Source: Chara braunii (Eukaryota > Plantae > Charophyceae). Taken from it: a DNA stretch of 49,538 bases. Made by a program: the position numbers and the translations under genes. Under the pieces are notes generated by a model that had not been told where the DNA came from, ran no database searches, and was given only the letters and a program-made list of their open reading frames with translations. The stretch covers positions 3,951,292 through 4,000,829 of the forward strand of contig BFEA01000005.1 in NCBI GenBank assembly GCA_003427395.1. Reading direction: 5' to 3'. Positions 38,301-49,538 of the stretch are shown here, in pieces; position 1 is the stretch's first letter; every line of letters starts with the position of its first letter.

Positions 38301-38429
38301 TTTTTTTCTTTCATGCATTAATTTTTTACTTGAACTAGTACCCCATACTAAAGATAAACATACCTTGTGGTTTGCTTTTTTCTTTTTCATTTATGTTTTG
38401 ATGTTTGTATAGGTTTGTGAGAGACGAAG

Positions 38430-38898
38430 ATGAATACAACAAGTACAAACAATCAGTTGCCACGATATCTAGACCAACTTCGAGTCTCAGAAGAAAAACA
38501 AGCTCGCACACGACAAATCATTCATAGTACTACAAAACAGATTTTCGACTACATCGACCAAACAGAAAAAGATATATCATGAATCATCGTTGAAAAAAAA
38601 AATACTATTAAACATAGAAACACGAGAATATTTAAACAAGCAATTATTTGATCTTTACTTGGGCGACATAGATCATATTGAAGCAGTTGAAGCTGTTCAT
38701 GCAACTTTACAGGATAAACATGCCGTTGCTCGCTTTGATATCCTACCATTATTAAGAAAAACAACAATTTATGATTTGACATTGAAACATGAACTGCCGA
38801 CAATTGGATCTTCCATTACATTTAAACGATGCACAAAACTTGTTAGATTTGGTTACCCACAAATGACATGTTTTCCAACAAACATGAAAGATGTTTAA
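38430..38898 (+). pseudogene. Small AT-rich broken ORF of unknown origin
   Basis: ATG at 38430 follows a polypyrimidine/TAG acceptor-like site. One TGA and an A-run frameshift lead into ORF 38590-38898. Confidence 0.3.
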
Positions 38899-39011
38899 TG
38901 GAGGATATATATTTCACCGAATCTATATCGAAAAGAGTCTTATATATGGTATACCGAAGGCAAACTCACCAATTTCATCAAAATACACTTTGGCAATTTC
39001 ATCAAAATATA

Positions 39012-41174
39012 TCGGTGTTTGACTTAGTCAATTTTCTATCATGTAGTACATCATATCCCGAAGTGCTTTCGGTGTTTCGGTACCGAAAACGCACTTCAGG
39101 ATTTCGGTGTTTAACTTAGTCGATTTTCTCTATCAACTACATCATATTCCCAAGTGCTTTCGGTGTTTCGGTACCGAAAATGCACTTTGGGATTTTGAAG
39201 TTTAACTTTGTCGATTTTCTCTATCAACTACATCATATCTAGTAGTGTTTTCGGTGTTTCGGTACCGAAAACGCACTTCGGGATTTCGGTGTTTAACTTA
39301 GTCGATTTTCTCTATCAACTATATCATATCTAGTAGTGCTTTCGGTGTTTCGGTACTGAAAACGCACTTCGGGATTTCAGTGTTTAACTTAGTCGATTTT
39401 CTCTATCAACGACATCATATCCCAAAGTGTTTTCGGTGTTTCGATATAGAAAACGCACTTCGAGATTTCGGTGTTTAACTTGGTCGATTTTCTCTATCAA
39501 CTACATCATATCCAGTAGTGTTTTCAGTGTTTCGCTACCGAAAACGCACTTCGGGATTTCGGTGTTTAACTTAGTCGATTTTCTTTATCAACTGCATTAG
39601 ATCTCGAAGTGTTTTCAGTGTTTCGGTACCGAAAACGCACTTCGGGATTTCGGTGTTTAACTTAGTCGATTTTCTCTATCAACTAAATCATATCCAGTAG
39701 GGGTTTCGGTGTTTCGGTACCGAAAACGCACTTCGGGATTTTGGTGTTTAACTTCATCGATTTTCTCTATCAACTACATCATATCCCGAAGTGTTTTCGG
39801 TGTTTCGGTACCGAAAACTCACTTCGGGATTTCGGTGTTTAACTTAGTCGATTTTCTCTATCAACTATATCATATCCCGAAATATTTTTGGTGTTTCAGT
39901 ATCGAAAACCCACTTCGGGATTTTGGTGTTTAACTTAGTCGATTTTCTCTATCAACTACATAATATCCAGTAGTGCTTTCGGTGTTTCGGTACCGAAAAT
40001 GCGCTTCGGGATTTCGGTGTTTAACTTTGTCAATTTTTTCTATCAACTACACCATATCCCGAAGTGTTTTCGGTGTTTCGGTACCAAAAACCCACTTCGG
40101 GATTTCGGTGTTTAACTTAGTCGATTTTCTCTATCAACTGCATCATATCCCGAAGTGTTTTCGGTGTTTCGGTAACAAAAATGCACTTCGGGATTTCGAT
40201 GTTTAACTTAGTCAATTTTCTCTATCAACTAAATCATATCCAGTAGTGCTTTCGGTGTTTCGGTACCGAAAATGCACTTCGGGATTTCGGTGTTTAACTT
40301 AGTTGATATTCTCTATCAACTACATCATATCCCGAAGTGTTTTCGGTGTTTCGGTACCGAAAACGCAGTTCGGGATTTCGGTGTTTAACTTAGTCGATTT
40401 TCTCTATCAACTAAATCATATCCAGTAGTGCTTTCGGTGTTTCAGTACCGAAAACGCACTTCGGGATTTCGATGTTTAATACATCATATCCCGAAGTGCT
40501 TTTGGTGTTTTGGTACCGAAAACGCACTTCGTGATTTCGTTGTTTGATACATCATATCCCGAAGTGCTTTCGCTGTTTCGGTACTGAAAACGCATTTCGG
40601 GATTTCGGTGTTTAACTAAGTCGATTTTCTTTATCAACTACATCATATCCCGAAGTGCTTTTGGTCGTTCGGTACCGAAAACGCACTTCGGGATTTCGTT
40701 GCTTAATACATCATATCCCGAAGTGCTTTCGGTGTTTCGGTACCGAAAATGCACTTCGAGATTTTGGTGTTTAACTTAGTCGATTTTCTCTATCAACTAC
40801 ATCATCTCCCGAAGTGCTTTCGGTGTTTCAGTACCGAAAACTCACTTCGGGATTTTGGTGTTTAACTTAGTCGATTTTCTCTATCAGCTACATCATATCC
40901 CGAAGTACTTTCGGTGTTTCGGTACTGAAAACGCACTTCGAGATTTCGGTGTTTAACTTAGTCGATTTTCTATTATCTACTACATCATTGTCCCGAAGTG
41001 CTTTCGGTGTTTCGGTACCGAAAACGCACTTCGGGATTTCGGTGTTTAATACATCATATCCCAAAGTACTTTCGGTTTTTCGGTACCGAAAACGCACTTC
41101 GGGATACCGGTGTTTGACTTAGTCGATTTTCTTTATCAACTACATCATATCCCGAAGTGCTTTCGGTGTTTCGG
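39012..41174. repeat. Tandem satellite with a ~91-bp unit (some ~67-bp deletion variants), roughly two dozen copies, internally palindromic
   Basis: Unit: gtgctttcggtgtttcggtaccgaaaacgcacttcgggatttcggtgtttaacttagtcgattttctctatcaactacatcatatcccgaa. Confidence 0.95.
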
Positions 41175-41919
41175 TATCGGGGCAAATACCCTGACAAGGG
41201 TATTTGGCGGGGATTTAAAGCGTCGGACGCTGTCCGACTTTTTTTCGTTAAATTAAGAAACTTGAAGAGACTGACGTCTGCCAAAAGGTTATTCAGAACA
41301 AACCTACGACTGAGAGACTAAATTTTTGCTTAAGTCCAAACGCCTGCGGCATGCTATAACGGGGGTGCGGTCGGTCACCAACCGTGTTTGGCGAGTACGA
41401 AGGGGTGTACGGGCGTTGGAATACTAAGTCTAACTCATATCCTATTTAAAATGATGACAACCGCGCGATTCAGAGCCTGAGTAGGCCAAAGGGGTGGCTT
41501 ATCGGGCTTACCAAGCTAAGCCTCAGCCGGTTAGATGGCGGGCCGGCGGCCATTTGCCAAGGTGAGGCAGTTCGGGCCTGCCTAGTCCCGAGGCTGGGTG
41601 ACCTACTGGGCAGCAACTCTTCAAATAGAAGAGCTGCGGGTATAGCTTTCGTGAATAGGAGCTAGCCCAGTAGGTTATAGCATCGCTATCACCCAACAGA
41701 CACTGGGATCAAACCTGAAGGCATCGTACTGGGCTGGCTCCTTTTGGAACAGCCCACCGGAAAGGAACGTGAGGCGCGGTCGATTTTGACCGTGAGATCA
41801 TCAGATCTCAAGGCCAAAAACCGCCGCACGGATAACAACATGGCGCCCGTAGATGAGGTTGGGGGGAGTGTAGCTGTAGCCATTGGCATAAGCCAACGAG
41901 TCAACGACTTTTACTATTA

Positions 41920-41960
<41 letters not shown>

Positions 41961-44900
41961 CCTACAGCGCCAGATGGCGCAACGAGACGTGATGGGAACT
42001 TGAAGTCCCCAGAAGGAGCTGCAGGCGCTCGTTTTCACGGACAGCATAGTAGGTAAGTTCGTTTTCTGGTTTGTTTATTCTTTTGGATTTTTTTCGTTAA
42101 AGATTTTGTTTAAGATTTTTTTTTTTTTTTTGTCTTATTTAGAAAGATTCCCACCCCCCCTCATTCCTTTCTTATCATGGCGCAGTTGAAGTGTCGCCTG
42201 TTCACTTTTGGAAACGGGTTGCAACTTCCAACGATGCGCCCGAACGTGGCACTGTTGGCAGCCGGGTGCGGGCGCGCGCTGCCGCAGGGGAAAGAAAACC
42301 CTGTAGTTGCTCGTGGGAAAACGAGCAACTGTTCCCTCAGCAACTACTGAGGGAACCACCGCAGCCTTGTCTGAATCTGGCTGGAGTCGTAGGCTGTATG
42401 CAGGCACAGGCAGAAAGGGGGGGGGTGAAAAGCAAGAGGGGGTTAAAGGAGTTGAGTGGAGAGTGAGAGAGAGAGGGATGGGAGGATGGGAGAGAGGGGG
42501 ACCTGCTCCTCCCGACCTGCCAGCTGCCTCCCCGTTGTCAGGGGGGGAAGAAGAAAAAGAAAAGAAGAAAAAGAAAAGAAAAGAAAAGAAAAGAAAACGA
42601 AAAAACGCAATCTGAGTTTTTTTTCAAAAACTGTATTTTTCAGTTTGCGCCACTATTTTTTTGGTGGCGTAAAACATTTTTTTTACCTTGCAATTTTTTC
42701 TATAGATAGTCAGGCACTTAGGCCATGCGCATGAAATGTTTTAAAGTTTTTTATTAAGCGACTATGTTTCTAAAAATGCTTAAAGTCGGGGTACTTTTTG
42801 CACCCCGCCCTGAGCTGTCGGGATTTGAACTCGTGCATTTTCACGAGTTCTTTCCCTACCTCTCCCAATTTGACAACTACCATCCCCGTTTTCAGGGGAG
42901 GGCAAGGGAGAAAAGAGAAAAAGTAGAGAAGGGAGAGAAAGGAACAGTCACGGCCGCGAACGTGGTCGCGGTCGTGCACCAAGTTCAAGCAGTATTGGCC
43001 TGAATGCACTCATTCAGGCCAGAGCTGTGAACTAGAGGGTCAGTGAGGCGAAGTTGGCTGGAAACAACCATTTTCCCGTTGAACCTGCACTCAGTGTAGG
43101 GCTGAGTGCAGGGAAAAGGGAGAAAAAGAGGGGGGGCAGTTGAGTACAACTGACACCCTAACTGTGTGGCTGAGGTGAGACAGCCTCAGTCCGTTGATCT
43201 GGCTGAGATCGACGGCCCCAGGCAAGTGATGAATTTTGCCTCGGGGCAGCTGAGGCTGCTGCTGCCCTCCTCAACCACTACAAAAGAGGCAGCTGTCCCC
43301 CAGCTGCCTCACACTTGCCTCCAGCTGCCAGTGTGCGACAGCACACTTGCCTCATCGCTGGAGTGTTGGAGAGGAGGCAGGAATGTTGTCGGCGAAGCTG
43401 GACTCTGAGGACTGCTGAGGAGGGCGACGAAGGAGGAGACACCCATAGCCTTGGCTGGAGCATTCTGCTCCACCTTGGCAGGCTGGTCTCTAGGGGAACT
43501 CTGCGGCAGCGTGGTGAGGAGCGGCAGCGGAGCGTGATGAGGAGCGGCAGCGGAACATGATGAGGAGCGGCAACGGAGCGTGGCAAGGAGCAACGGGGAG
43601 CACGACAAATGGTGGGGTTATGCTGCCGAAATACCGCGGCGTTGGCGCGACACCTTTATTCTAAGGGGTAATGCTGCCGTTTTCACGGCACGTCGGCAAC
43701 ACTTTGTTTCGAAGAATGACGCTGCCGTTTTCACGGCACGGTAATACATCGCGGCGAAGCGCTGCCAATTTTTTTTTACGGTGGTAGGTACGGCACTGCG
43801 AAGCGCCGCCGTCTTTTTGCGGTGGTACACCACGGCAAAGCACCGCCGTTCTTTTGCGGTGGTACGGCACGGCGAAGCGCTGCCGGTTTTTCTTACGGTG
43901 GTACAGAGCAGCGAAGCCCCGCCGTCTTTTTTACGGTGGTACGGCACGGCAAAGCGCTGCCGTTTTTTTATGATGGTACGGCACGGCGAAGCGCTGCCGT
44001 TTTTTTTATGGTGATATGGCACGGCGGAGCGCTGCCGTTTTCTCTTTTTACGGGGCACGACGTGACGACGTGCTACCATTTTCCGACGAGAGTTTGGCAT
44101 GATAGTGGAGTTGAGGCACGACGGTGGGACATGTGGCGCGGCAGTGGAGGTTTTTTTTACGGCGCTGAAAGTTTTTTTTGTTGCGGCGAGGGGTCTGCTT
44201 TTCTTGGTGAAGATCTGCTATTATTGGTGTGTACGGCAGCAGCAACGTGGCATGGTGGCGGTGGACGGCATGCGATGGTACGAAATCTGAGCGCGACAGG
44301 CGGATTTATTTTTTGTATGCAGCATATGAGATAAATGTTTTATAGTTGGGACTACCCAACACTTGCGGCAGTGGGACTGGACTACTTGGGACTGCCTGGA
44401 TTCAGTTGGGACTGACGTTGGACGAGGGCTGTCATTTGTGGCGGTCCCGACACAGACGTTTTTGGGATTCGGCACCGATTTTATTTTTTAGAGAAGTGTG
44501 GCGGAAGCGGTTTTCGACTCAGTAGTCATTCGACAAAGTGTTTGACAGCGTGGGACCACTTAGAACCGCGTGGGACCATCTGGGACCGCTTAGGACCAGT
44601 TGGGACTTACGTAATACCAGATTGAGTGTTTTTTCTGGGACGCGTGCGGCTCTCCGTTTTCACGCTTGGGTTACCGCGGATGAGGCGTGNGAGTGAAAGG
44701 CGGTTNGATCAGGATTTTCCTTGAGANTACAGNTTTCNGCGGCACACACAACTTGTTGGTTGANTTTCTTGAGTGAGCCAGNANNCTTCTTNGACACCAC
44801 TTCACTCAAGGTCACTGGACGACTCAGACTCCCTTCACACATGTGTGCACCCACACATTGCTTGACCCTTTTGCTTTGAATGTTCCGGAGAAAAGGTTGA

Positions 44901-46427
44901 GTTGGGNTGTGGGCGTCATGCATGAGTGAAAAGGTGGGCCTGGCGTGAGTAGTGGGACTTTGCTTGTCTTCTTTTGATTGTGTTGTCTGCATGGTGTGCA
45001 GGTGAGTAANAAGACTACGTATAAAAGTGGGACAAAATGCTATTTCATAAAATGACGGAGAATTTTTGCCTCCTCAACATTTCCTTTCGTCAGTGACTTG
45101 GGTGAACTTGCTTGCTATTTCTGAAGGATAATTGATGGGTGTNGTNAGAAAAGGAATTTTGAAAACAGAAAGAGAATCAAAGCATAATGAATTTAACTTT
45201 TCTCAAGGATTGACCGCCTGTATTCCGAATGACCTTATCTGCCTATACCCGTCCAAATGATTCTCATTATTTATCCCTTTTGATTTCCCCCTGCTTAAGT
45301 TACCTTGAACTTAAAAAACAAAATTGGAACAATTGAAAGTTACTTGTAGTGGACACGTGTTCTCTCTCCAGGAAGCATCTGGGGCGGGGTTTCGTTGCTT
45401 TCGGAGCCGACCCTGTTATTGACCCGGAGTGGACCGTTCTACGGGGNGGTACTTTGCCGATTCGGTGGAGACGGCCCGACTTCTGAGATCCGAGTCTTGT
45501 GCTCGGGCGAGGAGGAGNAGTACCCCAGACCACTTCCTAGAGGGTGAGGCATGCAACACCTCAAGCAATGCACCTGATAAAGAATCAACCGCAAAGCAAC
45601 CTTTCATCCAAGAAGATGAAAATGGGTATGTGAGTTTAGTCTTAAGTCGGCGGTGGGTTAAAATAACTTTGGCAGCGTGTCTCATCAAGTCAAAACTAAG
45701 GCTGTCGATTACCTTGTCAGCTGCATCAATGTTATTATCGGTAGCCAACTCCTTTTTGGCGGTTGCACGAGTGTTTTGTGGAGTTCGACCCGGGGTGGTC
45801 GGGTTTTTGATATTGTACTATTGGATGTATTGCGTGATGATTCAAACTATTTTGTTAGTTAGTTCANANTGAACGTACTTTTCTATCGACTGCGGTCGAT
45901 TCCTTATTATGTAAATATATGTGGGTGTTATAAATTTCTTTTGAGTTGTATGTAAAAGGGTCTAGGATACTGTGGGTTTCACGCTTGGTTGAGACCATCC
46001 TAGTCGACCGACGTACGCTTCGTTCTTAGGAGATCAGCGCCCTGATGGACAGACGACGCCCGGGTCCACTAGGCGTTAATCAAACATATCTATACTACAG
46101 CGAACGAGCAAACGCCCTCGGCCGACCCACCCGTGCAACTGCATGTAAAAGCTTTCGCACGTGAGTCGGTAGCTCGGTAGGGATACGCCCCTAAGGGTGG
46201 TGACAGCCCCTTAGGGAAGGCAAGCTTGTCGTAGGGGACCGCGGGATGTACAGCTAGCGCACCCGGCTAGAGCGGCGAAGGAACGACGCGACCTCGCACC
46301 CGTCTCAGCGGCTCGCGGGATTATTTTGCGTCGTTCCTAAGTTGTCTCCTTGTTTTCTTTTCCGTGTTTCTCTTGCGTGACGCGGCCGAGAGGGCCCTCG
46401 CTGACGCGGGGGCCGATGCGCTTAACA
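41175..46427 (+). repeat. 5' LTR of element 2 (5253 bp)
   Basis: Starts T(A)TCGGGGCAAATACCCT, matching TGTCGGGGCAAATACCCT at 48956. Ends TTAACA before the PBS. Confidence 0.88.
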
Positions 46428-46429
46428 GG

Positions 46430-46447
46430 TGGCGTCGTTGCCGGGGA
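46430..46447 (+). promoter_or_regulatory. Primer binding site (tRNA-Asp)
   Basis: TGGCGTCGTTGCCGGGGA lies 2 nt after the LTR. Confidence 0.88.
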
Positions 46448-46615
46448 TAAGAGCAAACTACCGTTGTCCCTAGCGGAACGACACTCGGGTATTGTATTGA
46501 TTTTAAACTGATATCTTTTAGAAATAGACGTGATTGATTTTGATAGATCTTACGAGTCATTTCGGCTTCTTACCTTTATGCATTCTCGCTTGCAGGTTAA
46601 TCTTCTCATAGCGAG

Positions 46616-47596
46616 ATGGCGGAAGTTAGCAGGCTGAATAACGATCCTTGGGATAAAATGAAGAAGTTGATTGAAATGCTCGGGAAGATCGAAAGAGCGG
46701 CAACTGCTCCAAAAATCGATGTTTTGATCTTTAATGGCAATAATGTTGTGAAATTTCTTTCAGCGTTTGAGCAATTGGCTGCTGCTCACGAGTGGGATGA
46801 GCAGACAATGTTAAAAAGGGTGACGTCATGGGTACATATAGATGTTCGTCGTGACGTAGCAAGGTTAGTTTCAGAAGCCAGAAGTTATAATGATTTTGAT
46901 CAAACGATGTTTGATATGTTCTAGCTTGGGAACGAAACTTTGACTTGTGATGACCTCAAGAATGTTTGTCGTGACAACTATCCTACTTTCGGGAAGTTTC
47001 TTTCTGTGTTTGAGCGAGTGGATCGTCTTGTTCCAGACCTGTCGGAAATTGATAAGAGTAGGATGTTTCTTGCGAACTTTTCAGAGGTAGAAATACAAGT
47101 TTTATTGAAAGGTGTCAGGTCTTCTTTTGTTTGGCAGAAGATCCACGAGAATGCCTTGAACAATGATTTTTATCAGGTTCTTCATCTAAATTTGAAAAAC
47201 ATGCGTCGACAGTCAAATAGCATTTCAGACCAGCGTGATGAGCGTATTTTGAAAGAACTTTATGAGGTTAAAGAGTCTTTGAAAGTCATGAAAGAAAACG
47301 ATTGTGAGACGACAGTCGCTGTCAGATTGTCGAAGGAATATAGTAACGAGAAGCGAAAGGGTACGGTTGACTCTTTTGTCAGAAATGTAAGGCATAAACG
47401 AGAGGAGGTTCGACCTAGTCTTCAGGATATACCGAAAGTCGCTAATGTTCAGTATGCGACCAAGGACAATTTTGGTCTTCGTCGTTCTCGACGAGCAGGG
47501 AATTGGTGGAAGAAAGTGAGATGTCACTCTTGTGGTTTGATAGGACACACCCCACGTTATTGTTCATCTCGACAGAGCAATGATATGAATAAGTAA
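46616..47596 (+). pseudogene. gag: Gag with one in-frame stop at 46922-46924
   Basis: Capsid-like FNGNNVVKFLSAFEQLAAAHEWDEQTML; zinc knuckle CHSCGLIGHTPRYC. The two ORFs are in the same frame. Confidence 0.88.
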
Positions 47597-47759
47597 TTAG
47601 GAAACTCATCCAAGCGATAAGCGAGGAGAGTTGTTATGACAGAATTATAAGCAAGACATTGAGTTGTGGAAAGTAAAAAGCCTTTAATGTTTGATTTTGG
47701 TAAATTATGGTGAATTTGGTCTTATCGCTGGCAACATCTTCTCTTTTTAGAATTGTCAT

Positions 47760-48390
47760 TCCCCAACAGTGACTGAATGTATAACAGACAAATGTTTATT
47801 TCTCAGTCGTGGTTGGATGTATGACGGAAAAGTGTGCATTCATTCCCTAGGTACGCCTGGATGTATGATGCACTTGAGTTTTCCATTCCCTGACTAGAGT
47901 TGAATGTATGGTGGGGCCTATGTATCTATTTCCCAGTTTATCTGGATGTACGGATTTCAGGTTAAACCCATATTTCTCAACGAAGGTCGGATGTATGGCG
48001 TATACTCGAGTTGTAAATTCCTTGGCTTTAGTTGAATGTATGGAGGGGCCTATGTATCTATTTCCCATCTTGTCTGGATGTATGGATTTCAGGATAATCC
48101 CTTATTTCTCGACACAAGTCGGATGTATGGTCATTCCCTGACTTGAATTGGATGTATGGTGTCCGACATATATATCTATTTCCCAGTTTGATCTGGATGT
48201 GTGGATTTCAGGGGGGCTTCTGATTTCCCAGCTCAAGTCAGATGTATGGTATACAACCCTTCATTTCCTGACGATGATTGGATGTATGGAGTTCAATTTG
48301 AATGTTTATTTCCCAGTTCCGACTGGATGTACAATTCTCAGATTGAGTTTTCATTATCTAAGCTTAGTCGGACGTATGATGTTCAGATAT
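47760..48390. repeat. Degenerate ~40-bp tandem repeats (ggatgtatgg...tttccca)
   Basis: GGATGTATG/GAATGTATG recur at intervals of roughly 40-50 bp. Confidence 0.7.
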
Positions 48391-48571
48391 GACAAATTTT
48401 TTAAACTTGTCATATTTTTGAGAAAATGCTGCTTGAGGTAATACTAAGAGTAACCACGAGTCCATATTGTGGATATCAAACAAGATATGGATAAGGACTT
48501 TTGAAAGAATGATTTCTCTCTAAATGGTTCGTTCGGACTACGTCCGAACAAATCCAGGAGATTGATATGCT

Positions 48572-48820
48572 TGAAAGACCCGTCAGGGGGTTAATCCTGA
48601 CTTGAAAGGCCCGTTTGGGGGTTAATCCTGATTTGAAAGGCCCGTCAGGGGGTTAATCCTAACTTGAAAGGCCCGTCAGGGGGTTAATCCTAACTTGAAA
48701 GATCCACCAGGGGGTTAATCCTGAATTGAAAGGCCCGTCAGGGGGTTAATCCTGACTTGAAAGACTCATCAGGGGGTTAATCCTGATTTGGAAGACCCTT
48801 TTGGAGGCTAAATCCAGTTT
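48572..48820. repeat. 31-bp tandem repeat, 8 copies
   Basis: Unit: tgaaaggcccgtcagggggttaatcctgact. Confidence 0.92.
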
Positions 48821-48955
48821 TGTTGTTATATTATTGTATGTTGATGGAAAAGTTTCGGCTCGATGTATATTATGATCGTTGCCTTTATAAGAATCCTGAC
48901 CTTTTAAAGTAAATGGTGAATGACGTGGAAGTCATTCAATGGGGTCTGGGAATGT

Positions 48956-49538
48956 TGTCGGGGCAAATACCCTAACAAGGGTATTTGCTTGGGATTTTAA
49001 ACGCCGGACGCTGTCCGACTTTTTTTTGTTAAATTAAGGAACTTGATGAGACTGACGTCTGCCAAAAGTTTATTCAGAACAAACCTACGACTGAGAGACT
49101 AAATTTTTGCTTAAGTCCAAACGCATGCGGCATACTATAGCGGCGGTGCGGTCGGTCACCAACCGTGTTTGGCGAGTACGGAGGGGCGTACGGGCGTTGG
49201 AATACTAAGTCTAATTCATATCCTATTTAAAATGATGACAACCGCGCGATTCAGAGTCTGAGTAGGCCAAAGGGGTGGCTTATCGGGCTTACCGCACTAA
49301 GCCTCAGCCGGTTAGATGGCGGGGCGACGGCTATTTGCCAAGGTGAGGCAGTTCGGGCCTGCCTAGTCCCGAGGCTGGGTGACCTACTGGGCATCAACTC
49401 TTTAAATAGAAGAGTTGCGGGTATAGCTTCCATGAATAGGAGCTAGCCCAGTAGGTTATAGCATCAAGCTATCACCCAACAGACACTGGGATCGAACCTG
49501 AAGGCATCGTACTGGGCTGGCTCCTTTTGGAACAGCCC
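48956..49538 (+). repeat. 3' LTR of element 2 (partial)
   Basis: High identity to 41175-41756. Confidence 0.92.

Larger units (their letters stand above)
41175..49538 (+). mobile_element. Non-autonomous gag-only LTR retrotransposon (element 2), truncated by the window end
   Basis: 5' LTR 41175-46427, PBS, gag, tandem repeats, and a 3' LTR from 48956 that matches 41175 onward. Confidence 0.9.

Noticed and set aside
39012-41174. CRISPR array
   Set aside because: The whole unit repeats with no unique spacers, there are no cas genes, and the context is eukaryotic.
41923-41959. Poly-A tail of an independent SINE insertion
   Set aside because: No Pol III boxes or target duplication seen, and the upstream sequence is also present in the 3' LTR, so it is part of the LTR.

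Overview
Repeat-dense eukaryotic window with no recognisable host gene. The plant-type tRNA-Asp primer sites and the repeat families suggest a streptophyte such as a charophyte alga (inference). From left to right: (1) a broken orphan ORF (3.1-5.4 kb); (2) a Penelope-like reverse transcriptase with no visible endonuclease, ending in a structured 3' end and a (CA)n tail, with a minimal type I hammerhead ribozyme 1.6 kb downstream; (3) an assembly gap; (4) a complete but decayed 24.1-kb Ty3/gypsy element (13393-37497) with giant 7.8/7.2-kb LTRs, a 4-bp ACGT target duplication, gag-PR-RT-RH-INT and an extra 3' ORF with two capsid-like domains; (5) a ~91-bp palindromic satellite; (6) a second, gag-only LTR element with a 5.25-kb LTR, inserted into the satellite and cut off by the window end. 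The most striking signal is that the first ~2.5 kb of the giant LTR is a scrambled, degenerate mosaic of large-subunit rRNA (domain II, IV, V and VI anchors). Both LTR families are also rich in covarying RNA structures, and both have a hairpin 17 nt before the 3' LTR instead of a polypurine tract. All similarities were judged by eye and need computational confirmation.
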